DNA of 64,000 bases from Leptolyngbyaceae cyanobacterium (GCA_965263355.1 CBDHHL010000032.1:1888001-1952000), one strand, 5' to 3'. Counted from the stretch's first letter, positions 9,864-21,306 are shown. The notes: generated by a model from the sequence alone, not told the origin. Numbers and translations are program-made.

Positions 9864-11960
9864 ATGAGTTTATGCATTAATCCCGATTGTCCCCGGCCCG
9901 ATCATCCGGGTAATAATGAGGCCAATAGCTGTCAGGCCTGTGGGACAACTCTGATTTTGGCAGGGCGTTATCGTGTTATGCGATTGCTAAGCAGTCAAAC
10001 TGGTTTTGGCATGGTTTACGAAGCCTATGAACGGGATTTGCCAAAAATTCTAAAGGTGCTGCGTCGCGAGCATGGTCAAACGCCTAAAATCGTGGCTATG
10101 TTTCAGCAGGAGGCGGCTACATTAAGTCAGTTAAACCATCCGGGGGTGCCTTTTATGACTGAGGATGGCTACTTTACCCTGACCACCACCACCATGGCCA
10201 CGCCCCTGCACTGCATCGTCATGGAAAAAATTGATGGCATTAATTTAACCCAATGGATGAAACAGCAGGGCTACCATCCTATCCGTGAGCAACAGGCGTT
10301 GCGATGGTTGACTCAATTGGTTGAGATTCTGCAACAAATTCATCAAAGCAACTACTTTCACCGCGATATTAAGCCTGAAAATGTGATGATTCGTACCGGT
10401 GGTCAACTGGCTCTGGTGGATTTTGGGGCTGCTCGGGAAATGACTCAAACCTATTTAAAGCAAGTGAGTAATAGGGGAGGGATTGTCACCGCCATTAGCT
10501 CAGCTGGCTATACGCCCCCGGAACAGGAAAATGGACAGGCTGTGCCCCAGTCCGACTTTTACGCCCTGGGTCGCACTTTGATCTATTTATCGACAGCTAA
10601 AGCGCCCACCGATTCAGCCCTTTACGACCCTTTAGAAAATCGATTTGAATGGCGTGCCTATGCCCCTCAAATATCTACGGAGTTGGCTGATTTGCTAGAT
10701 AGTATGATTGCTCAACGGGTAGTGGATCGACCTGCCAGTGCCCAAGACATTCTGAGACGGCTAACGTCGTTGACTGACCGGATAGATCAAACAGCATCTC
10801 GATCTCCCAGTCCAACAGTTCCTGAAACTACCTTTCCCCAGGGTGCGCTGTTATCGAATTCAGCCTCCACATCGTTACAGTTTGGGATTACTACACCATC
10901 GTGGCAAACATTACCCCAGACGCTGTTGCCACCGAAGCGAAACCGGCGATGGCCCTGGGTGATTGCAACTTTGGTGGGTCTGGTGACCCTGGGCGGAGGA
11001 GCGATCGCACTGCGTCACTATGTCATCCCTCAACCTGTACCGGTGCAGCGTCCAGAGCCAAAACAGCTGAAAGTACAGCTCCAGCGAACGTTGCCAGCCC
11101 ACAGTGGAACTATCAATGACTTGCTGTTGTTTGCCGATGGCCTACGGATGGTCAGTGCCAGTGCAGATAAAACGATTCGGCTATGGGATTTAACCTCTGG
11201 TAAAGTGTTGCAAACTTTAGGCAATCAAACTGGTTTTGTCAATACGGTCCTGCTCAGCCCGGATGAAACCCTGCTTTACAGCGGTAATGCTGATGGTGCC
11301 CTACAGGGATGGATAATTGCCAACGGCACTTCACTTTGGCAGCAGCCTACTGCCCACAGTGGACCTATCAATACAATTACCCGTACCCCTGATGGTCAGC
11401 AATTGATCAGTGGTGGAGCCGATGGTCAAATCCATATTTGGCAGGCCAGCACCGGGCAATTGGTGCGCTCCCTGGATACTAAGCAAGGTGCGGTCAATAG
11501 TGTTGTGGTGACGTCAGACGGTCAGTACATAATTAGTGGCGGTAGCGATCGCACCATCAAGCTATGGAAAATCTCTACCGGCAATCTGGCTCGCACATTA
11601 AAGGGACATGAAAGTTTTATCAACGCCCTGGTGATTAGTCCAGATGGTCGTTTTTTATTTAGTGCTAGTGCCGACGGCACTATCCGTCAGTGGCAGATTA
11701 AGACCGGTAAACTGCTCCATATTTTGTCGGGACACACTAGCTTTATCAACGACATGGTCTTTAGTCGAGATGGTCGCACACTGAGTACAGGCAGTGCTGA
11801 CAAAACCGTGCGTATCTGGAATGTAGAAACTGGTGCAGCAGAACAGGTACTGACCGGGTTTAATATGCTGATCGATCACGTGGTGGTGTCATCGTCGGAT
11901 CAAATTGTGACAGCTAGTCGAACAATACCTGCCATCAAGGTTTGGTCGCGGGATCAATAA
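9864..11960 (+). CDS. Ser/Thr protein kinase with TM helix and WD40 repeats
   Basis: MSLCINPDC Cys-rich start (likely true start; ORF track starts at 9816), HRDIKPEN, DFG, a TM segment, then about 7 GH...WD-type repeats. Confidence 0.93.
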   Translation: MSLCINPDCPRPDHPGNNEANSCQACGTTLILAGRYRVMRLLSSQTGFGMVYEAYERDLPKILKVLRREHGQTPKIVAMFQQEAATLSQLNHPGVPFMTEDGYFTLTTTTMATPLHCIVMEKIDGINLTQWMKQQGYHPIREQQALRWLTQLVEILQQIHQSNYFHRDIKPENVMIRTGGQLALVDFGAAREMTQTYLKQVSNRGGIVTAISSAGYTPPEQENGQAVPQSDFYALGRTLIYLSTAKAPTDSALYDPLENRFEWRAYAPQISTELADLLDSMIAQRVVDRPASAQDILRRLTSLTDRIDQTASRSPSPTVPETTFPQGALLSNSASTSLQFGITTPSWQTLPQTLLPPKRNRRWPWVIATLVGLVTLGGGAIALRHYVIPQPVPVQRPEPKQLKVQLQRTLPAHSGTINDLLLFADGLRMVSASADKTIRLWDLTSGKVLQTLGNQTGFVNTVLLSPDETLLYSGNADGALQGWIIANGTSLWQQPTAHSGPINTITRTPDGQQLISGGADGQIHIWQASTGQLVRSLDTKQGAVNSVVVTSDGQYIISGGSDRTIKLWKISTGNLARTLKGHESFINALVISPDGRFLFSASADGTIRQWQIKTGKLLHILSGHTSFINDMVFSRDGRTLSTGSADKTVRIWNVETGAAEQVLTGFNMLIDHVVVSSSDQIVTASRTIPAIKVWSRDQ

Positions 11961-12184
11961 TTGCTATGCGTAACTTCACCCAAAATCCCATAACACTTAC
12001 AGAAAGCTTACGTAATTCTTCCGGAAGTAGGTATAAAATCATACTCAAGTAACACGTAATTCTTCGGGGAACTTGCTTGAACCCGTTTGAATAACCTTCG
12101 CAATACCTACTGTAGTCATAGCTTGTTTGGGAAAAACCAATGTCACCAGCCTTTTTTGTACTTTTACCGTTCACATTGCTCCTG

Positions 12185-12394
12185 ATGATGGCCAAGGGGG
12201 TTGGCAATAGCTCAGGCAAATCAACATTAGAAAAGCTTTCTTCTGACGAAGTGATAGATTTATTAACGGATCGGAAAAGTGCCGTCTCTCTTTTGGCAGT
12301 CGCTGAAAAAGAGGCATTGGATGCCCATAATAACCGTGTTGTTGTTGGTCCCAATGGTCGGCACTATCTTGTGAGCAACTTCACTCAGATGTAA
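12185..12394 (+). CDS. Small hypothetical protein
   Basis: Protein-like ORF (MMAKGVGNSSGK...GRHYLVSNFTQM) in otherwise intergenic DNA; no family recognised. Confidence 0.5.
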   Translation: MMAKGVGNSSGKSTLEKLSSDEVIDLLTDRKSAVSLLAVAEKEALDAHNNRVVVGPNGRHYLVSNFTQM

Positions 12395-12439
12395 TACCAA
12401 ATCCGAGTTCATTAACCCCGAGCAAACATGCATCAGTCC

Positions 12440-12462
12440 GCAGGGGCAATCCCTTTGCGGTT
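12440..12462. repeat. REP-like dispersed palindromic element
   Basis: gcaggggcaatccctttgcggtt resembles the reverse complement of the element at 29091-29116. Confidence 0.45.
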
Positions 12463-12640
12463 CAACTGGGCTAACCCTCGAAGCCTTGCTCTGCGATATC
12501 GGGTAGAAGTAGCCAAGATTTTGTATAGTTCCAGCCTCAAAAAATACCCCAAATAGCTCCAAATACACGCTGCTGGTTATCAGGTTCAGCAGCGTATAGC
12601 TGGAGGATAAATTTGGCACACCCTTCAGGGGACGAGGTTT

Positions 12641-14614
12641 CTAAAACAAAACCAATACTCGAGCTTCTTTGGGTTCCAATTTCAACGCCAATAAGCCATC
12701 TGCCACATCTACCGATTGCCCCGTTTCCACTTGCTCGTATCGAGTCACACCTTCTTCAACAAATGGCAGCAAATACTCCCCTCCATAGGTAGAGTATGCA
12801 TATAGAATCCTAGGCTGTCCAGCTTCTCCAGATTCCCGTAGCATAAATAGATCATTATCATCATCTGCGCTTGGAGGCGACAAAAAGCGAGTTGTTCCAT
12901 AGCGCAAGACTGGATAATCTTGCCGTAGATGGGCCATATGTTGAGTGGTTTGATAAATCTCATCTTCCCAACCGATGGACTCTGGCCAAATCATCATCGG
13001 TCGATTAAATGGATCACCACCCACCCCAAAAAGTCCTTGATGTTTTGGATGATAGGGAACAGCCAACCCAGTTTCTGTACCATACATAATCAATGGCACT
13101 CCCCGAGCCGCAAATTGAAACTTAATTAGACTCTGATAGTCTTGTGCAGTGCCGTTAGGATAGTAGGTTCTGACCCTGGGCTGATCGTGATTTTCAATAA
13201 ATGTCACCCACCCCTTAGCATCTTCGTCAGAAATTTTATCGAGGGAGTCTCGCGGAATTTCCAAGGTTTGGGCAGGATTCAATAATCCTTTCGTCACACG
13301 CTTAAAGGGACCAGCATTGTAGTATTCTCCTTCTCGTCCCAGACAAATCTCCTTGAGTACATAGGGACGACCATCCCAGCCGCGATCGCCCATAAAAAAG
13401 CGACGGGCTGCTTCACTCAAATTAAAGTCAAACTGGGTAATATCGTCAGTACGGGTAAGGAACTCAATGCTGGGCTGATTGCGATAACCACCGCTAAAAT
13501 ATTCTCCCACCAACACGGCATCAGGATTGATGTCTAAAACCGTATCTTCAAACTTACGCCAGAATTTATAGTTGACGTGTTTGACCGCATCTAGCCGGAA
13601 ACCTGCAATCGGTGTTTGTTCCTGGTTGAAGGTAAGCCAGAACCTAGCTACATCTAAGAAATACTCTTCTACCTGGGGGGCAGACTGGTCTATGTCGGGC
13701 ATACCACCGCTGATTTGACCGTTTTCAATCAGCTCTTGAGATGCTGTATCAAAATCCCAAATCATCATCGGGGGGTGAAACCATCCCTGGGGATCCCGCT
13801 CACCGGTTTTTGGGTCCCAATGGGTGGCCACAAGCTCACCCTGACGGTAAATATTGCCATTATCCGCAAACCAAGATTCACCAAACAAAGATCCACCTGC
13901 TCCCAGCTCGGGAACCTCAGTGGAAATATGCCCAGGAGACGTTTGGTTCATTGTCAGGTCGAGGATAATACCGATACCATGCTCCGCAGCCTCGTTTAGT
14001 AACTGGCGAAAACTTTGGTACGGATCATCACTATTGGGAGAGCGATAATGCTCTTCCATGGCAAACCAGTCCTTAGTCCAATAGCCATGGTAAGAGGTGG
14101 AAATATGACGATAAAAGTCATCGGGAGCGGTATCAATCTTTGAACGATGCAGATAGCTCTCAATGTCAGGATGGTAAAACATCCCGTTCGCATTGTCTTG
14201 AATTGGCGACAAAATTATCTTGGTAATGCCCAACTGTTCAAGGTAATCCAGCTTTTGAGTGACCCCTTGCAAATCGCCTCCCCAATACATGCCCATGTAG
14301 CGATGGGTTGGATCATAAGTATGGTTGAGCATCAACCGGTTCATTGCCTTATAAAGCGTTTCGGACGAACTGTCCTCTGACGTTTCAGAAAAGGCAAACT
14401 CTGGCACATTATTTCTGGGTTCAGCGTCAAAAAAACGATCCACAACAATGTAATACAGTACATCGTTGCCAAGATTTCCACGGGTGTGAGCTAGGGCTGG
14501 GGGGCAAATCAGACTAAAACTCAGACAAAGGAATAGGCCGATGCTGAATAGGAAACGAATAAACAGGGAAGCAGGTCTCAAGGGAGGGTATTGATAATTG
14601 ACAACGGTAATCAA
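12641..14614 (-). CDS. GH13 alpha-amylase/CGTase-like enzyme with probable signal peptide
   Basis: YYIVVDRFFD, GGDLQGV, SYHGYW; catalytic GFRLDAVKH, GEYF, ENHD; hydrophobic N-terminus ending in ALA. Confidence 0.9.
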   Translation of the reverse strand: MITVVNYQYPPLRPASLFIRFLFSIGLFLCLSFSLICPPALAHTRGNLGNDVLYYIVVDRFFDAEPRNNVPEFAFSETSEDSSSETLYKAMNRLMLNHTYDPTHRYMGMYWGGDLQGVTQKLDYLEQLGITKIILSPIQDNANGMFYHPDIESYLHRSKIDTAPDDFYRHISTSYHGYWTKDWFAMEEHYRSPNSDDPYQSFRQLLNEAAEHGIGIILDLTMNQTSPGHISTEVPELGAGGSLFGESWFADNGNIYRQGELVATHWDPKTGERDPQGWFHPPMMIWDFDTASQELIENGQISGGMPDIDQSAPQVEEYFLDVARFWLTFNQEQTPIAGFRLDAVKHVNYKFWRKFEDTVLDINPDAVLVGEYFSGGYRNQPSIEFLTRTDDITQFDFNLSEAARRFFMGDRGWDGRPYVLKEICLGREGEYYNAGPFKRVTKGLLNPAQTLEIPRDSLDKISDEDAKGWVTFIENHDQPRVRTYYPNGTAQDYQSLIKFQFAARGVPLIMYGTETGLAVPYHPKHQGLFGVGGDPFNRPMMIWPESIGWEDEIYQTTQHMAHLRQDYPVLRYGTTRFLSPPSADDDNDLFMLRESGEAGQPRILYAYSTYGGEYLLPFVEEGVTRYEQVETGQSVDVADGLLALKLEPKEARVLVLF

Positions 14615-15889
14615 CTAGGTGCCAGTATGGTCGGGGTTGTTTAACACGGCCTGACTCGCCAAGGTATTGGCCAGGTCAATGCCATACTCTTGGAGAATAT
14701 CGGGGGGATTATTTGCGATCGCATCAGGCTCATAAAGGGCCTGCCAAAACGCTGGAAATCCAATAATGATCTCGTCTGAATCAGGCAAATGGGCTGTCTG
14801 AATCGGTGAATCAGATATCTGAGCTAACTGTATCTGATCCAAATGTCCGAACATAGAAAACCAAGCTCTATTGAACTGGGTACCCGCACTAATCATCCAC
14901 CCGGACCAACCCGGAGCTACCAACACAACACAGTAAACACCACAAATGATCGACAACAACCAACGCCGATTTAGACTGTAACGATCAGTCACAGGAGTCA
15001 ATCGCCACAAAAAGCGGTATCGTAACTCACGCCAATAGCCTTGGAGCGTCTCGACCAAACGATAGATATATTGAGACACCCTGGCCGACTGTTCTTGTTC
15101 ACTGAGGGCAGTCGCTTGTTCTCGTGCCCAAGCCGAATATTGTTCCTCTAGCCACGCTATTCGGAAATGAAACCACTCGCCGATATTAAAGCCAATAATA
15201 TAACCATAGGTATTGACCAAATAAAACGTGAGCATTTCGAAAAAAGCAAAATGCACTAGTGGAGCTAAGCTAAATTCTGCTGACTGGGCAAAGAAAATAC
15301 CCACTGTATACATCGACCAACTCAGCACCAGACCCGCATAATCCACTAACGGCTTTAGCAATACCTGACGCATGGGAATATCTTCACTAGTAGCATTAAG
15401 ATCCTCGTGGAGATACTTAGAAGCAATTCGCTGCCAACGGCTTGGACGCTCAGCAACAGGCGAGGGCGAGGGCTTGGGACGAAAGGGATTAACCTGTCCC
15501 TCAATCAGCATTTTGCGCCCTAGCAGGTAATAGATGAAGTACTGAATAATTGTGTAGGGAATCAGACCAGACCAGGTAAATGCCCGTTGCCAAGGCCCTA
15601 AACCTGTCACAATCAGGAAAAATCCCAAATCACATCCAATTTTCCAAGCAACAAACCCAATAGTCTGCTCAAATACTACGGGAAAATTTACCCGAATCGA
15701 TTGCCATCTCGGACCTTCTGGCAATCGCTGTAGCAATTTTTCCCTAACCGCAGGGCGGAGCAGTAACTGCTCAACTAACAGATCTCTGACTAATACATAG
15801 CTAGCTAAAGGTATCAGGATCTGAAAGAGCTTACTCGCTCCATACCGAATACCCATGGAATTAACTGAAATAAATGGCAGGTCGAGCAT
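14615..15889 (-). CDS. Multi-pass membrane protein of unknown function
   Basis: 424-aa ORF with several hydrophobic segments, tightly packed between two GH13 genes. Confidence 0.75.
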   Translation of the reverse strand: MLDLPFISVNSMGIRYGASKLFQILIPLASYVLVRDLLVEQLLLRPAVREKLLQRLPEGPRWQSIRVNFPVVFEQTIGFVAWKIGCDLGFFLIVTGLGPWQRAFTWSGLIPYTIIQYFIYYLLGRKMLIEGQVNPFRPKPSPSPVAERPSRWQRIASKYLHEDLNATSEDIPMRQVLLKPLVDYAGLVLSWSMYTVGIFFAQSAEFSLAPLVHFAFFEMLTFYLVNTYGYIIGFNIGEWFHFRIAWLEEQYSAWAREQATALSEQEQSARVSQYIYRLVETLQGYWRELRYRFLWRLTPVTDRYSLNRRWLLSIICGVYCVVLVAPGWSGWMISAGTQFNRAWFSMFGHLDQIQLAQISDSPIQTAHLPDSDEIIIGFPAFWQALYEPDAIANNPPDILQEYGIDLANTLASQAVLNNPDHTGT

Positions 15890-15904
15890 TCTAGTCCAAA
15901 CTAT

Positions 15905-18028
15905 CTAGTTAAAACAGTATTTGAGTACAATCAAGCTTCTGGCCCCAATTCTAAGTTTGAGAACATTAGCCTGGTTAGAAAAGGTGCCTGTAGATTTTTC
16001 TAATCGTGTTCCAGGAGAATAGGCCTTCTGAGAATTACGATTATTCGCTATCCAGTCACCGTCAAAGAGCACCGTCCAATATCCTGCAAAGCCATCAGGT
16101 ACTGGTAACTCGTAACACCGATCATGATCAAACTCAGTGGGACCAAAGTTAAACATCACAAGCAAAGAATCTTCTAACGGTCCATGGCCATGCCTAAACA
16201 GGCAGAGTAATGAATCATCATGGTTAACATGATGGACATGGGATGTTACCTGGGGGGCACCCGTTGCCGCATCTACCTTGGTGTAGGTACGAAATATCTT
16301 GCGTAGACTAACCATATCAGCGCGATGTTGGTCATGCAGCCGGAACACCTCATGGCTTGGCAATCCTGTGTCTAACCAGCTTTCTAAAGCTTTGCCAGAC
16401 AGCCCTTCCCACGCTACCTTCCACTGATTGTCATCATCTAAACAGCCCAAGCTTAAGGCATCCACACCAGGTGTGAACATATATCGTCGGGTAGCCATGA
16501 ACATTGTCAGCGCTTCTGCATTGCGAACCATGCGACGTACATAGTCAAGCAACCGCTCAGAAGACAGCAAGCCTTGGTCAATCAATATCTCACCGTGGTC
16601 CTTAGCTAGCTGGGCTGGATGCTTACCATATGCCCAGGGAACAGTCGGTCGGCCTTGGGTCACATGGGGACAATACCAGGTCTCATCATGGAGCTGAGCA
16701 TAGAACGACTCTGATCGCTCCGACTTCAGCACCTCTTTAATATGGGTGGCCAACACCTCAACATCTGCATGTAGTGGCCTACCAGAATCGGTTGGAGGCT
16801 TATAAAGCTCTTCTAATATGGAGAAACCAATCGGTGCATAAAAGCTATCAATAAACGATTTAACAGCCTCATTGCCAGCCATTTCAAAGGTTTCACCCAG
16901 AGTTAACACATCGGGACATGCTTGCTTGAGTTCGGTCCGGAGTTCTTGAATAAATAACTCTCCGTAATTGATGTCGCGGTTAGAGTACTGCAGGATCAAC
17001 CCATCCACATAATCAATCCGCACTACCTTAAGCCGGTAACGCATAACGAATGCAACAAACTTTTCAATCAACATTCGTCGGGTACTTGGTTGCTCTAAAT
17101 TCAGCATCCACGTACCGTAGTCCCGAAACAAAAAAGCCCCCGCATCAACAAAGGGTTTGGGATTATCCTCAACCACATTATCCATCGAACCCTCAAAGGG
17201 CGACTTTACCTGATGGGCAAAAATCAGATCGGGGATCAATCGTAGTTGATGCTTATTACATTGATCTAAAAGCTGTTTAAACTCTTGAGCCTGACCAATC
17301 TGCCAATCGACATCAACAAAGTTGTAGGTTAAGTAGTTGAACTTAGGATTGAGATTAGCCCGATTAGCCACCGAAGAGCAGACAGGCACCATAATTTCGT
17401 CAATCCCCTGGGTGGCTAACTGTCCAATCAAATCGGTCGACAGGATGCGAGCAGCAACGGAACGATAGTGGAGTTCATCCAAACTCCTCGGAGCAAATCG
17501 CCCTCCCTTATAGCCCGCCAATAACCCCTCTAACGTAGTTTCCAGCAAAACAGTAGCATGCTCATAGACGGGAGGAGTATGCTTCCACTCGTAGCGCAGA
17601 CACGGAATGTAGGTGGTGCCATAGAGACTTTCACCATTATTTAAAGGCGCAATCGATTTCCACTGCCCATCAGCGTGACGATATCGAAACAAAAGGCGAC
17701 TGCCTTCAGGTACCCGCTTAAGGTCCAATACCCACAATTCTGGATCTTCCCGAGAAGGATTTAATGACTGCCACTGCCCTCGTGCTAATCGCACCTGCAC
17801 AGAAGTAACCGACGGTTGAGTATTCTCCTCAGTCGTTGTAGGTAAATAAACGACCGCACAAATATCAGCTCTACCATCCTCAAAAACCTCAGTTACATGG
17901 GTTAGGTAGTTGGGTAAATAGCCAGAGTGCCAATGATCTAAAGAACAAGCAGGATACTCCAACGGACCAATTCTTGGAAAACTGATAGGTGCGGATTTCC
18001 CTTCCCGCAAGCCTGGATCAACAAGCAT
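15905..18028 (-). CDS. Divergent GH13 branching-enzyme-like protein
   Basis: DLIFAH, VRIDYVDG, LGETF, LHDE regions; GlgB-like C-terminal beta domain. Confidence 0.75.
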   Translation of the reverse strand: MLVDPGLREGKSAPISFPRIGPLEYPACSLDHWHSGYLPNYLTHVTEVFEDGRADICAVVYLPTTTEENTQPSVTSVQVRLARGQWQSLNPSREDPELWVLDLKRVPEGSRLLFRYRHADGQWKSIAPLNNGESLYGTTYIPCLRYEWKHTPPVYEHATVLLETTLEGLLAGYKGGRFAPRSLDELHYRSVAARILSTDLIGQLATQGIDEIMVPVCSSVANRANLNPKFNYLTYNFVDVDWQIGQAQEFKQLLDQCNKHQLRLIPDLIFAHQVKSPFEGSMDNVVEDNPKPFVDAGAFLFRDYGTWMLNLEQPSTRRMLIEKFVAFVMRYRLKVVRIDYVDGLILQYSNRDINYGELFIQELRTELKQACPDVLTLGETFEMAGNEAVKSFIDSFYAPIGFSILEELYKPPTDSGRPLHADVEVLATHIKEVLKSERSESFYAQLHDETWYCPHVTQGRPTVPWAYGKHPAQLAKDHGEILIDQGLLSSERLLDYVRRMVRNAEALTMFMATRRYMFTPGVDALSLGCLDDDNQWKVAWEGLSGKALESWLDTGLPSHEVFRLHDQHRADMVSLRKIFRTYTKVDAATGAPQVTSHVHHVNHDDSLLCLFRHGHGPLEDSLLVMFNFGPTEFDHDRCYELPVPDGFAGYWTVLFDGDWIANNRNSQKAYSPGTRLEKSTGTFSNQANVLKLRIGARSLIVLKYCFN

Positions 18029-18672
18029 AGCAATCTTCCTCTATTCCCTAGTTAAGGCACCATGAAAAAGGCCAACGTTAGCCTCGTTATTGTCAAATAC
18101 AGATTTTAAAAGATAGATAATCCTATAAAGACCAGCTATGAAGGTTTTGCGCGGTAGAGCAACATACTTTTCAAGATGTAAACAATATAAACGTGTCACA
18201 AAATGCGTCTGCCAAGAGGTATTACAGAATACCTTTAAGAGCCGAAAAAGGTGTTTTACTATCTGTACGAGGTTAGTAGACCTGAACGACCGTTTTAATA
18301 TCCTTTTAACACAAATGTTCCGGAGAGCTAGAACTTTGTTTGGTTACAGGCTTTAGATCGTTACTTGCTTTCTAAGATTTTTATTCTAGCATTAAGTTTT
18401 GTATTTAAGAAAATACTCTGAAGAAAGTAAAATTAGTTTGGTGGCTTTTGCAAAGAGACGAGATTTTATACAATATTTTTTGGTGAAACTGGGGTTGCTA
18501 ACTACGTAGCGGCTCACCCTGCTCGATTGATTGGTCAAGAAGCCGAGGTGCTTCGTTAACTTGTCAAGCCCTAGTGCTTGTGTCACAAGTACAATATATT
18601 GATTTTCTTGGCTCAATTGCCAATCTGCCTACATAGTTGTTCAAATTTTCATAAGGTAACTAGACTCACGGA

Positions 18673-21306
18673 ATGGACGTCATAGCGATTTGTCTGGCCT
18701 GTCAACTGACTGCCCAGCTACCAGCCCTAGGTGCGAATGCACCCATAGTTCCTTTTTTTAGGAAAGGCCTAGAACTGCCTGTTCAGCAATTTCTTTCTGG
18801 TCGCCAGGGTGATTTCTGGATGGAGCCTCATCCTCCTTATTTGAGCGGTTCCCTGCCCAAAGTATCGCCTACGTTGGCAGACGTGCCGTCTGCTAAGTCT
18901 TCTCAACCATTTTGGGTGCGATTGTGGCGAGCGCTTACAAGTGGGTCGGAAAATCTGCAAGAGGCTCCTGGGGCTCTGCAAGAAATTTCTGAAAATCTGC
19001 AAGAGGTTCCTGAAGCTCCGCAAGAGCCCTCTGGGGATCCACAAGAAACTCCTGAGAATTTGCAGGAAGCTCCTGATGAATCAGCTCAATCGGCACTTTC
19101 GACGACGGTTGCACAGAAATCGTCGGAGAGTGGTGCAGTCAGCGAGCGCTTGGAGATTTCTGATGCAGACAATATAGGTATCAAGACGCAAATTGCTGCT
19201 GCTACGATCGCTACATTAGAGCCAGAGCTGAGTCCTATGGTGGCAGGTACTGATGTGAAACCTGCTGCATCGCGTCCAGATCGCCAAGTTAGTCCGGATG
19301 TCGAGCTACTGCAGCTGGCATCTACAGAGTTGCTGGGCCAAGAGCCTGTCTTGGATGCCGAAACGTTTCAGCCAGTTACAGGTGCTACGTTTAACTCAGA
19401 TGGGTCTGTCACGCTAAGAGTTCTGGTTGGTAACCCAAGTGAGCGTCTAACGGTTATCGGTGACTTTAATGATTGGGGTAATCGTGAGGATTTGGACGCT
19501 TATATATTGGCTCCTTCAGCTGATGATCCCAATATTCATGAGGCAACGTTGCCCCCTGGTAATTATCACAAAGCTCAATACCGCTTGCGTGATCAGGACG
19601 GACGAGAGCGGATTGATATGGGGGCTCCGCTTTTCTCAACGCCGGCGTTTAATGCCCGATTTTATGGTCAGCGTGCCGATGACAATTTGAATGCAGTTTT
19701 CTGGCAATCCACCCCCATTCCGGAGGCTGAGTTGGCTCCTGCAATGGATTTACGTGGCCAGCAGTTGGTCATTGCTGAAACGGATGCGGTTTCGCTATCT
19801 ATGAAATGGACCTGTCAAACATCCGGTTCTCAGTATTTTGGTCAGACGGGAGCAGATAATATCGATCAGCTTTACAACTTTATTGGTGAATGTGGTTTGC
19901 CTGAAAAGTTGGCGGAGTTAGGGTACAACGCTGTTCAATTTATGCCCCTTGATGCCCATGTAGACTTTTGGGATCCGGAGCGTTTTCCTTTTCCGGACTG
20001 GCGTTACAGCTACATCAACATTAGCTTCTATGCTAAGCATGCGGACTTCGGTAGTCCGGATGAACTAAAGCGGATGATCAATGCCTTCCACAAGGCCAAG
20101 GTAGCAGTGCTATTGGATGTAATTTATAGTCATTACTCTGATAGTGGTAATAACCCGCCGCGAGAATTTTATCCCTTAGGTTTTTCCCAGTATCATCGGG
20201 AAGATGGCTGGGAGCTATATGGTGGTTCCTGGACTCGCTGGGGCACGCGACGCTTTACCTATATCCCGGAAATTCGTCGGAATCTAATTGATGCAGCTTT
20301 AGTCAATATTCTGGACTATGGGTTTGATGGCCTGCGGGTTGACAATGTTAATGGTATTGACCGTCAGCCGGAAGGCCGTACCTTTTTGCGGGAGTTGACT
20401 GAGGCCCTTGCTCTCTACCGACCTCAAGCCGTAGTGATTGGGGAAGGTTATTTTGGCGATGCTTACTTGAATCGAAATCGAGGTGTGGGTGGTGCAGGAT
20501 TGATCACCACTTATAGCGATCGCTTTTATCTTTGGTTTACTGAGAACATCATTAAATACAGAGACCAGATAGATACCCAGCGTCTGGACTATATGTTGTC
20601 CAATGACTGGCCGCTGACGCTGCTCTACTACCCGGGTAACCATGATGAATTTGCTAATCCCGGTAATCAGTTTCAAACTCGAGGACGGTATCTATCCGAA
20701 GCGATTCAAGGCGGTATTCATACTCGCAAGGTTCAGTCCTGGTCAGCCCTGGCTATGTTTGCCAGTTCCTATTATTTGGATATGGTGCAGTTATGGACGC
20801 TACAGCCCGGTAGCTTAAATGACAACTCGCAGATTGATTGGCCTAGGTTTGAAGAGCCTTATGTGGCCGAACTAGCTCGGTTCCAGAGTGACATGAAGCA
20901 CTTTTACACCAGTCAGCCTGCATTTGCTCCCTATAATATCCATAGCCGGATGCTCCACTGGATGGACCATGAAAACAAAGTAGCGGTGTTTGAAAAGATT
21001 GACTTTGCTACTGGTCAACGGGTCTATGCCGTTGTGAATCTGGGGGATGAGGCTATTGATCATTACAAGATTCCGGTCCTACCTGATGGAGCAAGTTTCC
21101 GACTGGCATTGGACAGCGATCAGTCTACCTACGGTGGGCAGGGTAAAAATTTGGAGTGGCTAATGTCAGATAATCAAGAACTCGAGTTCTACTTAGGGTC
21201 CTATGGTGTCGTGGGTCTGGTACAGCAGGATAAGTTTGAACTGCCAATGGAAACGCCTTCTGAATTTGAGCTGAATCGTCCTACGGGTGACTGGTACGGT
21301 TATTGA
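18673..21306 (+). CDS. GH13 branching-enzyme-like protein with long N-terminal extension
   Basis: CBM48-like VIGDFNDW; LGYNAVQFMP; FGSPDELKRMINAFH; GLRVDNV, IGE, NHDE. Confidence 0.85.
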   Translation: MDVIAICLACQLTAQLPALGANAPIVPFFRKGLELPVQQFLSGRQGDFWMEPHPPYLSGSLPKVSPTLADVPSAKSSQPFWVRLWRALTSGSENLQEAPGALQEISENLQEVPEAPQEPSGDPQETPENLQEAPDESAQSALSTTVAQKSSESGAVSERLEISDADNIGIKTQIAAATIATLEPELSPMVAGTDVKPAASRPDRQVSPDVELLQLASTELLGQEPVLDAETFQPVTGATFNSDGSVTLRVLVGNPSERLTVIGDFNDWGNREDLDAYILAPSADDPNIHEATLPPGNYHKAQYRLRDQDGRERIDMGAPLFSTPAFNARFYGQRADDNLNAVFWQSTPIPEAELAPAMDLRGQQLVIAETDAVSLSMKWTCQTSGSQYFGQTGADNIDQLYNFIGECGLPEKLAELGYNAVQFMPLDAHVDFWDPERFPFPDWRYSYINISFYAKHADFGSPDELKRMINAFHKAKVAVLLDVIYSHYSDSGNNPPREFYPLGFSQYHREDGWELYGGSWTRWGTRRFTYIPEIRRNLIDAALVNILDYGFDGLRVDNVNGIDRQPEGRTFLRELTEALALYRPQAVVIGEGYFGDAYLNRNRGVGGAGLITTYSDRFYLWFTENIIKYRDQIDTQRLDYMLSNDWPLTLLYYPGNHDEFANPGNQFQTRGRYLSEAIQGGIHTRKVQSWSALAMFASSYYLDMVQLWTLQPGSLNDNSQIDWPRFEEPYVAELARFQSDMKHFYTSQPAFAPYNIHSRMLHWMDHENKVAVFEKIDFATGQRVYAVVNLGDEAIDHYKIPVLPDGASFRLALDSDQSTYGGQGKNLEWLMSDNQELEFYLGSYGVVGLVQQDKFELPMETPSEFELNRPTGDWYGY
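18949..19074 (+). repeat. Six degenerate 21-bp tandem repeats inside the CDS (ENLQEAP-type heptads)
   Basis: GAAAATCTGCAAGAGGCTCCT and five variants at 21-bp spacing. Confidence 0.85.

Noticed and set aside
12263..12619. 118-aa minus-strand ORF and the many other short antisense or alternate-frame ORFs in the track
   Set aside because: They overlap better-supported genes or repeats and have no family motifs, so they were treated as shadow ORFs.
18949..19074. CRISPR array
   Set aside because: The units are contiguous, degenerate coding repeats without spacers. No cas genes or arrays were seen in the window.
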